From Octopus sinensis (Eukaryota), in contig NC_042999.1 in NCBI RefSeq assembly GCF_006345805.1, forward strand, positions 121,458,001-121,522,000: a stretch of 64,000 bases of DNA, read 5' to 3'. This document shows positions 40,675 through 52,680 of the stretch, in pieces. The notes under the pieces are model-generated. The model had not been told where the DNA came from. It made no database searches and saw only the letters and a list, made by a program, of their open reading frames with translations. The stretch's first letter is position 1; each line of letters opens with the position of its first letter. Position numbers and translations under genes: made by a program.

Positions 40675-40922
40675 AGTCACTGCCTGGAATCACATGGGCA
40701 TATGGCGTAGTGGTTAATAGTTTGATTCGAGGCAGTGACCTGAATAATAACATCGAAAAATACCTTAGGAATGAGAACCCACGTTCAAAATTTTCGCAAG
40801 ACACCTGATGAAGGCTAGAGGGTATATCAGCTGAAAACGTGTTAACAACAAACAAGATGAGGACACATATCTGTCAAATGTAAGTAATGTACATAATCCT
40901 CATCTCTTAACTATAGAACTGT
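40585..40922 (+). mobile_element. tRNA-headed SINE-like element with hammerhead-like motif and an inverted partial copy at its 5' side
   Basis: A-box TGGCGTAGTGG at 40703-40713; ACAC-CTGATGA-A-GGCT...AGCT-GAAA at 40801-40836. 40585-40691 is the reverse complement of 40724-40767 with an expanded (AAT)n. Confidence 0.6.
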
Positions 40923-40928
40923 ACAATG

Positions 40929-41027
<99 letters not shown>

Positions 41028-41308
41028 CTATCGGTCTCTTTTGCCGAACGGCTAAGTTATGGGGACATAATTACATCAGCATCGGTTGTCAAGTGAAGGA
41101 GAAGGGTGCAGACAAACACAGACACTCAAATACATAAATATTTATACAACAAGCTTCTTTCAGTTTCTGTCTGCCAAATCCACTCACAAGGCTTTGGTTG
41201 GCCCAAGATTATAGTAGAAGTCACTTGCCCAAGATGCCATGCAGTGGAACTGAACCCAGAACCTTGTGTTTAGTAAGCAAGCTATTTACCACACAACCAC
41301 TCCTGCGC
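41028..41308 (-). mobile_element. tRNA-derived SINE (dominant family), antisense
   Basis: Reverse complement of the head and body seen at 15677 (accacacaaccactcctgc; caaatccactcacaaggctttgg). Confidence 0.85.
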
Positions 41309-41699
41309 ATATATATGTATATATATATGTATTAATTTTAATTAAGCAGCAAAGGGATAAATAACAATTGACTATCATTGATTATTATTTTTTAATACAA
41401 AACTTTATCCCATCTAACAGCCGTTTCTGCTTCCAAAGTCCCACAGCACTGCCAAAGAAAATTCTGAGTATAATATTCTTCATATTCTATGGTACATCCA
41501 ATCTGGAACATGGAGCTTCATTAGAGTGAAGAAAAATACATAAAAATAAAAGAAAGGAAACGAAAAGAAACCTCAAGAGGAGAAATGATGACTTATATAT
41601 TTGAATCATACCATTTTGCAGTGTAACACTTCAGGCTATTGAGTAAATTACTGAACTAGAAAATTAGTTGGTAGGTTAAACTCTCTTTAGGGGTAACAG

Positions 41700-42175
41700 G
41701 GTATATAAATAATAAAAATTGAAATATGTACTTTAGCATAACGAGATACACCAATAGTTCTAGAACAAGAGGGAGTGATAGTGCCATAATGTTTAGAACT
41801 AATCATAATAGTAATTAAGATTTCGTAAATAGTACTCATTAATATTTATCCAAATAACATGCCTATAAATTAATTGCATTTATTTACTTACTGATTTATT
41901 GTAAAGACCAACCACCTATTGTCTGTAATGGAATTCACCACAGTCCAGCCATCAGTATAATTGGTCAGTTTCTTTATAATACATCAGTAAGTAAATAAAT
42001 GTAATTAATTTGTGGGCATGTTATTTGGATGAATATTAATTAGTACTGTTTACAAAATCTTAAGTACTATTATGATTAGTTCTAAATGTTATGGCACGAT
42101 CATTCTTTCTCTAGAACTCTTGGTATATCCCATATATACTAAAGTTCTTATTTTACTTTATATTATTTATACATA
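41700..42175. repeat. Imperfect foldback, arms about 220 bp
   Basis: agttctagaa..gtgccataa..tagaactaatcataatag.. pairs with ..ctattatgattagttcta..ttatggcac..tctagaact; loop about 41920-41960. Confidence 0.8.
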
Positions 42176-42559
42176 TATGCATTTTCTTTCAAAGTGATGA
42201 AGATTCAATGTTCCAGATCAGATGTGCTATGGAGTATGAAGATTATTATTCTCAGGATTTTCTTTGGCAATGCTGTCGGACTGTGGAAGCAGAAAGGGCT
42301 GTTAGATGGGATAAAGTTTTGTATTAAAAAATAATAATCGATGGTAGTCAGTTGTTGCTGATCAAGATTTCTCTATTTTCTGCTCAATATAAATTTCATT
42401 CCATATAAACTCTTGTTTATTTTTGTTATTGCTTGTATCCTATGAGCATATTATGCTTGCATATGTATGCCCAGGATGAACATAGGTAATTTATAACAGT
42501 AGTAAAATAGATATTCTTATCCCTTAGATGGTTATTCCAACCGCTAACTCTACTAACCT

Positions 42560-42596
<37 letters not shown>

Positions 42597-42647
42597 AGAT
42601 GTACTCGCATAGCAAGTAATTTGATCTGAGATCGTGTGCTGAAACGA

Positions 42648-42937
42648 AAACAATTGCAGCGTGGAAGGTGTTTATAAGCCATTTAAGAAACACACAAAAG
42701 CTGTTCGATTCACTTCAACATTTAAGTTTAATTTGTCAAAATATTTTCGTCGCTAAAATCCACAACCTGTTCACTGACAAAAATCCGTGATGCAGCACGT
42801 GAACAGGTCAGTGAACAGGTCGCGGATTTTAGTGACGAAAATATTTTGACAAATTAAACTTAAATGTTGAAGTGAATCGAACGGCTTTTGTGTGTTTCTT
42901 AAATGGCTTATAAACACCTTCCACGCTGCAATTGTTT
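42648..42937. repeat. Near-perfect foldback, arms about 131 bp, 28-nt loop
   Basis: 42648-42778 versus 42807-42937 (aaacaattgcagcgtggaagg... / ...ccttccacgctgcaattgttt). Confidence 0.9.
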
Positions 42938-42961
42938 ATATATATATATAGATATATATCA

Positions 42962-42993
<32 letters not shown>

Positions 42994-43619
42994 ATATATA
43001 TACACATATATATATATATATATACAGACATATATATATACATACATATATATGTATATATATGTATGTATGTATGTATGTATAGATTCAGATAAATATG
43101 GTACCTAAGTTGATGAGGCACCAGAATTTAGTACGGTATTATCCATACAATTTCAAAGTAACGTGATTAAAATCAAAATAAGCAACAAGGATATCCAGTG
43201 ATAATGCAGTACGATCGTTTCATGCAACTCCATTTGATTGAATAATGCAATCATTACATCAATTTAAAATTGTGAGCAATCCTCAGCTGCACAAAGACAT
43301 AGAATTTAATCAAATTAAAACAGATGGACACATTAGTATAATTTATACCCCAAATAGATAGATAAAGAACATGCTGGCTTCACTCCAGCATAGAAGTTAC
43401 TAAGTTATCAAGAAGATATATTTTGTTACAGACTCTGTCTGACACTGATTTTTTTGTTTTCATGGGTCAGTTTTAATTTATAAACTAGTTTATCAAATCC
43501 TTGTATATCTAAGGCTAAGAGAACATATATATGTATAAGATAAAACTTACTTGGAAAAGGATGCTTGGTGTTTGATCATATAACAATATAAATAATATAT
43601 AAATATATGTATACCACTT

Positions 43620-44000
43620 ATAAAGATCATCTTCCACACCCATTGCAGTGAGTTTTGTCATAAGTCATTTCTGTGGCACAGAAATGAAAGCTTTAACAAA
43701 CTCAGGATAGATAACATCTACCCATGATTCAGGTAATGTCTTCAAGAAACTCAATGAATTGGCGACAACAACTGGAGTTAGGGATAAATCCAAATTGTAA
43801 GGATCGAATAAAGCTGTGAGAACTCATAAGTTCCAGAGTACTCTGACACAGTACTCCATCAGTCTAGTGAGACTGAATGCACAACAGTTGATAAGTGATA
43901 CACAATCACCCATTATGTATAGGGAATTGACATTGGAAATTTTCAATTGCTCTGGAGTGATGTATTTATCAAGGAAGAATTGGAATAATGAAGTCTGGTG
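43620..44000 (-). mobile_element. Old CR1-like RT relic
   Basis: Minus frame AFSLTRLMEYCVRVLW..NSLSFLKTL..VDVIYPEFVKAFISVPQK*LMTKLTAMG resembles RPISLT..ME / VDVIYLDF.KAFDSVPH. Confidence 0.65.
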
Positions 44001-45473
44001 CAAAAGAAAGACCAGGAGAAGCATCATCATCATCATCAGTTGCACTTATTGTTTATTGAATGAAAATTTTTTAATATACTGACATAATTTTTGTAAAAAA
44101 AAATTAAGAAGTGATTTTGTTGTTATGATTGTTTGGAATGCTAGATGCCTTACAATGATAACTGTCCAGATCAATTTTGGCCATTTTTTTTTTCTTAACT
44201 TAGAAACCATGGAGGAGCCTTTTCGGTAAAAAAAAAAAAGAAAAATTGTAAATATTTTCAGAGGAGAAGGTGAACAATTCAAGGATGTTGTTTCTAGGAC
44301 AACCCAAACCACCCTCTGTTTTCTCTGTATTGATGTTTTTTCAATATCTTTCTCCTGTTAAACACATTTCATGGAATGATGATGCTGAAGTAACACATGC
44401 ATAGTCCATTGGTGGAATATAAGCAACAAGAAAAAATTTGTAATCCAAATTGTTACCCCACCTCAATCAAGTGAAGCCATGTGTGTAAGCAAAAACATTT
44501 TCTAATAGAAAAGTATGCTATTAAAATGAATTATCGTTTATGTAACTCTTTTTTAAAATCACTATGGATAAATGCCAGCAATGATCTTCTTAGGCTCTCC
44601 AGTATTTTAAATTATAAACAGGAACAATCGGGGGCAGGGAGTGGGGTTGCAAAAAAATCATAATTTTTCAAATTTATTTCTTATAGTATATAAATGTATT
44701 TATGGGGAGAAAAATATTGAAAAACATCAATACATGAGAGTGATTAAAAAATGAGGAGATTTATCTTGGGATATGCTTGAAACAACAGCCAAATCTTCCT
44801 TAAATCACTTACTTATCCCTCTGAAAACATTAACAGTTTATTTTTAGTTTTTACCAAAAGCCTCCTCCCATGAAATTCCTCTTTCCATTCCCTCGCAAAA
44901 ATTCTTTGCCATGATTCCCTCTGAAGTTACAACATCTAAGTGGTATTTGTAGAAAATTCTGTTAAGAAGTATCCATTTTATGCATGTTATGAAGCATCAA
45001 ATTTAGGGGCATATACATCTGTAGTTATGCCCTTTTATTTATATGATTTTTCATTTCATGCTTATTCATTCATTGTTTGCAATGTTCTCTTTCCCCCCTC
45101 TCTCTCTCACACACATACTGCAAAGCTTACAGATGGGCTGCTGAATTAAAATCTCTATGTTGCTTTGAGGGGAAGGTAAAACTTGACAAACTGCTTCCCC
45201 CTCTGTAGCTGGGCTACCATGCGGTTTGTTTAAGAAAGAGAGATTATGACTGTGATAAAATAATGAAAGCAATATTTACTAAGCAAATGAACTCTATTAT
45301 ACATAGAAATAATTAGACATAGAATATCATAAAAATTATTAGAATTGGGAATTGACAGTGAAAATATTATCAAGTGGCTAGCAGAAAACTGCCTGGAAGG
45401 AAGTCATTTTGTTAGTGTATATCTATATATGTGCATATTTAAGTATGTATGTATATGTATATATATATATATA

Positions 45474-45845
45474 GTGGAGGTGCAATGGCCCAGTGGTTAG
45501 CACAGCAGACTCGCAGTTGTAGGATAAAGATTCAATTTCCAGACCAGGCATTGTGAGAGTTTATTGAGCGAAATCACCTAAAGCGCCACGAGACTCTGGC
45601 AGAGGGTGGTTGTGAACCCTGCTGTACTCTTTCACCACAACTTTCTCTCACGCTTTCTTCCTGATTCTGTTGTACTTGTATTTCAAAGGGCCAGCTTTGT
45701 CACACTCTGTGTCACACTGAATCTCCCTGAGAACTACATTATGGGTACATGTGTCTGTGGGGTGCTCAGCCACTTGCATGTTAATTTCATGAGCAGGCTG
45801 TTTCATTGATCAGATCAACTGGAACCTTCATCATCATAACCAACA
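45474..45845 (+). mobile_element. Second tRNA-derived SINE family, full length
   Basis: gtggaggtgcaaTGGCCCAGTGGttag head; homologous to 20506-20657. Confidence 0.8.
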
Positions 45846-47262
45846 GAATACATGTATATATATATGTGTGTGTGTGTGTATGTTTATATATTATGTGGAT
45901 ATATATGTGTGTGTGTATGTGTATAGTGTTGAGGTCTCTTCCTGGAGACAATGGGTAACCATATACTCCCACTCCTCTCAGTTATTTACAGGTCATCGGC
46001 TACTAAACAGGCTCCCCTCTTGGTTCAGCTTGCTAGATCTTGGAAGAGGGTGTGAAGGCATCCATCAGAGCTAAATACAAGATGTGATCAAACGAGGGCA
46101 CAGGAATGCTGTCCTTATCCCTTACCATACCAACAGTGGATCAAGCGGAGGAAGCTAGATCTCTGAACTCAACAATTAATCGTAGCAACAGAAGGCGATG
46201 CCAGACAGACTGGCTACAAAGGCACAACTCTAATAACATTGGAGCTAGCGGCATTCCATTGCAACCCATCTTCTGGACCTCACATGTCACTCTAGGTAGT
46301 GCCGCGGCAGAAGGATTTTGAGCCAGTGTGTGGGGACCCTCTTGGCAAAGAGATCTCCACCCTAAATATACTCACATCATTGGCTGGTTTCTTTTGAATC
46401 CAACTTCCTCCCCCTTATTTTTTTACACAAGCCCAATGGTGACCGGTGATGGGGTAAGGATGTTGAGAGCAGGTTTTGGTGAAACAAGAAGCTCCTAGTC
46501 CAGACCTGCACATTGGCAGCAGGTGCAAGATGCTTGCCTTCCTGGGACTTGGTGACAACCCACGGACTCGGTCCTATATCTTTGGGGCAGGCCTATTTGG
46601 GAACACATGTGTATATATGTGTATAAGATGTAATATATACATATATATATATGTATGTGTGTGTATGTATATATATATAAATATGTATATATGTATTATA
46701 TATGTGTGTGTATGTCAGTATGTGTATATAAATATATATGTTCAGATATATGTAAATATATGCTTTTATATATACATGTATGTTCATGTGCGTGTGTGTG
46801 AATGTGTGTGTGTTATATGTTTTAATAAATTGTGTGTGTGAACTATACTCTATTTCACAAAAAGGTGATTAAAATCAAGAAAAGATCAATTTATCAGTCT
46901 ACCACATTAAAGAATTTCTCTATAACCATCCTTGAAATGTATTTCTATGTTCTTATTTATTTGTCTTTCTATATGTAACAGTTGTTTTGATGTTCACTCT
47001 GATTTCCAATTATGTATAATTTCAAAACCTACAAGTAATGATATAAATAGCAACAAATCATGATACGCTATGAAATATTTTAATTATTAAACTGAGTATG
47101 CAAGCTGATATGTAGTTATTAGTGCCTTGTACACATATGACCAAATATTTAATATCATAATTTGTAATGGTATTTGGCTTTAGACTTCACAGTTCCCATA
47201 CACTATTCACATAGTATTATTAGATTTGTATGCTGAAAGATCTAAAACAAATTTGTAATAGA

Positions 47263-47830
47263 TGCAGGCATGGCTGTGTGGTAAGAGGATTGCTTCTCAA
47301 CCCCATAGTTTGAGGTTCAAACCCACTGCATGACATCTTGGGCAAGTGAGTGGATTTGGTAGACAGAAACTGAAAGAAGACTGTAGTATGTGCATGTGTG
47401 TGTGTGTGTATGCAAGGGGATGCTGAAAAGTTCCTGGCTTTGAGTAAAAGAAAATATAGGAGAATCACTTAGTAAAGGTTTTATGCAGCATATTACCCTC
47501 TCAGCTTCACACACTTATTGCAGTGGTCCTTTACTTTCTCTAAGCTCTGTAAAATAACTTGGAAGGTTGAGCCTCCAACCAAGCCTTTCACAATACTATG
47601 AAAGCAAGAAACTTTTCAGCACTTGCTCATGTGTGTGTTTGTGTGTTTGTATTTCTCCCTCACCTCTGCTTGACAACTGGTGCTGGTTTGTTTACATCTC
47701 CATAAAGCAGTGGTTCAACAAGAAGAGACCAATAGAATAAATAATCAATTTGTTCAAGCAAACTCTTCACAACAGTATCCTAATTGGTTGCAGTCCAATG
47801 ATTGAAACAATCAAACAGTAAAAGATTCAT
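47263..47830 (+). mobile_element. Dominant SINE split by a mariner-type MITE (47409-47631)
   Basis: SINE head at 47263-47395. MITE with inverted ends tgctgaaaagttcctggcttt / aaagcaagaaacttttcagca in the TG linker. SINE tail resumes near 47640 and ends CAGTCcaatGATTGaaac. Confidence 0.75.
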
Positions 47831-48140
47831 AAATGGATTTACTACTTAATGCTAACAACTAGATCTTTCTTCTTACTATTAGTTATTTTCCAGTGAATTT
47901 AGTCTGTCTTATTTACATTAAGATGTAAGTTTGACAGTCAAGATTCATAGTACCATATAAAATGAATAAAAACATGTAAATAGATGATTCAGCATGACTG
48001 AAATCCTAAAATCTTCCAGCTAACAAAGAAACTTTTACATGGATGCTTCACCTGCTTTGAAATAACAGCCTCAAAGCTCAACATTAACCAGTGTGCTAGA
48101 CACATTGGTTAATGTATATCTAGATACATTATGCCTGATA

Positions 48141-50004
48141 TTGTCTAGATGAATCACAAATGGAATGCCTCTTTAATCATAGGTTGGCTCAATCAGAATT
48201 GTTCTGGAGATAAACAATAACAACCTGAAATGTTAACCTTTTGGTTGCTGGCTTTTGATTGTGAACAGAAACTTTAAGAAATGAGATTAAAATATCTGTC
48301 AGTATTTAGTTGAATCTCTTCATTCTGAATCAAATGCTCCATCAGTATAAATAAAATAAGTATCAATACATTGAGGTTGGTTTCAGCCTAGCATGCAACT
48401 GTCATATAAATATTCTTTGATTAAGATACACTTTTAATTGCTATCTTTTGGTGTGATTTCTATCTTAATTAAAATATTTGAGAAAAATAATGATATTTGC
48501 TGTAATTTTTTTTTCTACCATTTAGATATCAAATGATAAAGAAATAATATACACACAAACTCTGCAATATGGAAACACTGTGTTCCTCTAACAGAATTCC
48601 ATATGAAACATATTTCTCATTGAATTCTTTGTAATATGCATGTCAATGGAAAATAGGTTTCTCATTAAGAGATTCCACACTGTGGCATGATTTTCAGGAA
48701 TGTGATGTTTCTGTAACATAGGGATGCCAGTGCAATTTATTGAAATGAGTTTCTTTAGAAACTCATCTCCTTTGTCATCAAATAGAGATGCTTGGTGGTG
48801 GATATTTCAGTTCATGTTCTATAAGGATTGACAAGAAAATAAGATCAGAAACATGCTTTTAGAAGCATGCAAATCTAGGAAGGAAAGATTAGATAAATTG
48901 CTTTTTATGGGTGAAGTTATCATTTAGATTGAACAAGAAAACAAGACAGTCCACAAGCCTATAATCATAATCTTTCCAAACACCCCTTCTGGACACTGTA
49001 CTCATTCTTTGCCCAAACATGTCGCTGTGTCATTTTCACTGGAATGTCATTGCCACCCATATTTTCATCCCACTAGTAAAATGTAGCTACTCAAACTTAA
49101 TATCTACTTTGATTGCACTCAGTTCCATTGATAGAATTGGTAAAAGTGTAATATTTGACATATTTAGTTGGTTAGCAAAAAATACATGGTTCATTTGCTG
49201 TTGCTTGTCTTTTTAAATACTTATTATAAGCATTTATTAAGATACGTATTTTGAATTGACATAAATTTAATTGCATAAGCCTGATTTTCTAAGGTAAGTT
49301 ATTATTAGAAGCTGATGGAAAAATTTTTCAGACTATTAATCATTAAATTTCAAGCAATCTAATTTCCATTTGTCATGTACCTTAAAGTCATACACATTAA
49401 ACATTTTAAGGAGTCTAATGCTGTGACTATTATATCACAATCTCATAAAACAATTATTTGTCATTTTATGTGGTATTAATTTCTCTTCTGTAGAAACTAT
49501 AGTAGGTTCATTTACCTAACATACAGTGATTCACTAAAGAGAAAAAACAAGAACAAGTAACTGAATTGACTATCCATAAAATGTTTTAATATCTTATCTC
49601 AGAAATTGCATTATCTCACAACAATTTGTTTGGTTCCAGGGATTCTCCACCTGGAGCAACACAGCCCCTAGAGTGCGTCATATTCTGCACTTTCAGGAGC
49701 TACATGAAAATGGATCATTAGGAGCCCACAGGATTTTGAGGGAGCCATATACGAATTTAACAGTCATCATGATATAATCCTCATATTTCATTCTTTGTCT
49801 AGATGACTCACAAATGGAATGCCTCTTTAATCATAGACTGGTGCAATCAGAATTGTTCTGGAGATAAAACAACAATAACAACCTGAAATGTTGACTTTTC
49901 AGTTGCTGGCTTTTGATTGTAAACAGTAACTTTAAGAAGTGAGATTAAAATATCTGTCAGAATTTAGTTGAATTTCTTCATGCTGAATCGAATGCTCCAT
50001 CAGT
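48141..50004. repeat. About 205-bp direct repeat pair (48141-48346 and 49795-50004)
   Basis: ttgtctagatga.tcacaaatggaatgcctctttaatcatag...aatgctccatcagt occurs twice, offset 1654. Confidence 0.85.
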
Positions 50005-52039
50005 GAAAATAACATATTAACCAAACCCTATTTTATTTCATGAGAAGAGCTATTCGACTCTACTGATGACAGTTCAACTAATGTACATGTAGGTAAGAGA
50101 CTATCCACTGCACAAAATGAGTTTTGAAATGCAAGATAGTGATAATACAGTGATTGATTGGTGCAGTTTCCTGAGATATGTATAATGAGCAGCACTTAGA
50201 TGCTCACCTGCAGCAACTTGGTGGATTGGATGATATAAATGATATCCCATTTCTGTGAAAACAAATGAATTCAAATATATGCATTGAAAATATCACCAAG
50301 AATAGTAGCATGAAGTGTACTGAGTGCAATAGAAAGGGGTGCAGAAAAATGCAACTTGAATGGGGTCCTCAGGCACACACATGAAACACTTTGGCTCATT
50401 ATAATGCATTGGATACCACCAAGAACATTTTTGATGTCTGTTGGGTGTGCATCTTATATGGACAACTTCTATTCTCATGAAGTTGTCAACCATTCACTCA
50501 ATTTTGTTGACCAGAATGATAGACTATAGAACGAGAAGGGTGATGGATGCTTGTCAGGAAGAAACTAAGGTGACAATGTGGGTAAAATGATGATTTATTT
50601 ACATCATACTTTCATGATCACGTGTAGCAAAACAAATCTGTACTACATTGCTTACATGAAATTATGGGATGTCACTGTTGTCATTTTCAGTTTCTATTAC
50701 AATTTCCTAAAAGCAGTCTTTATATTCAACTTAACATGAATGTATTGTTAGAATGCCGAATTCTGCATTACTTGCCTGGAGAGCACTTCTCATATGGATG
50801 CATGATGCATAAAAGCACACACATTTATATCTCTGGCCAATGAGAATTGTCTGCTATGGATGCCAGGACTGTCAGATCATGTGATTTCAATGTTCCTTAT
50901 CTCTTCAGTGGCAAACGCCCAGTTGCTGCATACAGCCAAATCTCACTGTCAGTAATATCTGGAATTTCAGTGACTGCTCAAGCATTGATGCCCAACAAGG
51001 TTATTAAAATTAATTATTAGCAACAGAAGCAGTATTAATACCAATTTTTTTAGGACAGTTTGCTTTCACTTCTTTATGACAGCAAAGTATATGTTAACCA
51101 TCCTATGTTATTGCACTTTCCACTTTTTATCTTGTATCAAGTGGATGACTTCTACATCCATTGCAACCACCTTGAAATTGTAAGATCTTTGTCACTAACA
51201 ATGTATTGCATCAGCTACAAGACTCGCAGCAAATAAAATGCCACTCATATATTTTGTTACTGTATATTTTTTTTAAAGATGTATGTAAATAAAATATTAC
51301 TAAAATTGCAGTTTATTCTTCTAATGCACTTTTCTACTTTTATCCAAGTGACTACAGACATCTTGTCGTTTTGCAATACTAGTGCAATTAATAAACATTA
51401 CAACTTTTTTCCAACTTATAACTTTATATATACTGAAAGAAGCTCCCACTGAGGTAGCTACTGGGAAAATTCTAATAATCTATAATAGAACTTCTATAAT
51501 TAAATGAAAGTCTGCTCATCCCAAATGAAACAATTCTTAGAACGATAGGAATTCTGCCTAAAACAGTCATAAAACTTGGAAAAGGTTATTGTAGTTAGCT
51601 TGGAAAAGGTTAATGTAGTTATTGATAAGTAGGTTTACACTAAAATTTTAATCACCTTGTTAAGTAAAGGTTAGCTACACAAATCTGTTTTTAAAGTAAG
51701 ATCTATTTTTATTTAGACACATAATTAAAGCCACAAACATACCTCACCAAAGCAACTCACCACATTTGTATGGCCATACAAAATAAACAAATCAGGAATG
51801 TCACACCAATTGTTGGTTGCACACATGCTGAACATGTCACACTCTGAGTCACTATGTGCTATACACAATTTCATCTTTCATGAGTTTAACTACTTCATAC
51901 TAAGCAAATTGTTTTTAAAGATCTGTGAAGATACAAACACTGTATCCTGTCAAATGATAATAAGCCTTGATGTAATCAACATATTCACAATGGTTTCAAC
52001 TGGTGAATCTGTATGAGATGTCAGAACCAGCCTAAAAAT

Positions 52040-52680
52040 AAGAGAACTTTTAGACTATTGATTAGATTACTTATGATCTGACAATATAATGGAAATGTTG
52101 ATACTGTGCATCAGATTTATTTACCTGGAGTTGGAAAATAAATCAACAATTAGAAAGGGTGCACATAGGTTCTCTATTATGACCTGCTCTGGCTAATATT
52201 CAAATAAAACAATTGAAAGAACCTACAGACTGTCTGAAACGTGTGTATGACACCTTTATTCTGTGCCAGAACTCGGAACATAGTCATGCTTTATCACATC
52301 ATATAAATTCTATAGAATACACTATAGAAAAAAACCCAACTAAATGTCACTCTTAAACAATGGTCCAATACAAACTGAATGACCATTTGACCAATGCAGC
52401 TGTTTATTTGGGATAAAGCTTATTACATTAAAATCACATCAAGAAAAACTAGAACAATGGTATGTTGATGGAAGATAGTCATAGGCAATCTAGCACTATT
52501 ATACTTGGAATCTAATATATTTTCTTGATATCTTCATTGATGAATGATACTGTGGTGCTGAAATATAATTTTCTTTTCAAATTGATGGAGTCTTGGGCTG
52601 CATAAGCTCATGTTATTGGATGAAGTTCATTTCCTCAAAGATTTTAAGCAGCCAAATTCTAAAAAGGCGAAAATCAAATT
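52040..52680 (+). mobile_element. Highly degenerate hAT transposase relic
   Basis: EMLILCIRFI (cf. EQL.LCVRY), LKQWSNTN* (cf. LK.LS.TRW) and SSKILSSQIL (cf. SK.LQS) occur in the expected order. By-eye similarity only. Confidence 0.4.

Noticed and set aside
42760-42850. Hammerhead in the 42648 foldback
   Set aside because: The best candidate core is CTGACAA, not CTGANGA, and no convincing stem II.
43824-44045. ORF MQLMMMMMLLLVFLLHQ... resembling a signal peptide
   Set aside because: The poly-Met comes from a (CAT)n repeat, and the downstream frame continues into a degenerate CR1-like RT.
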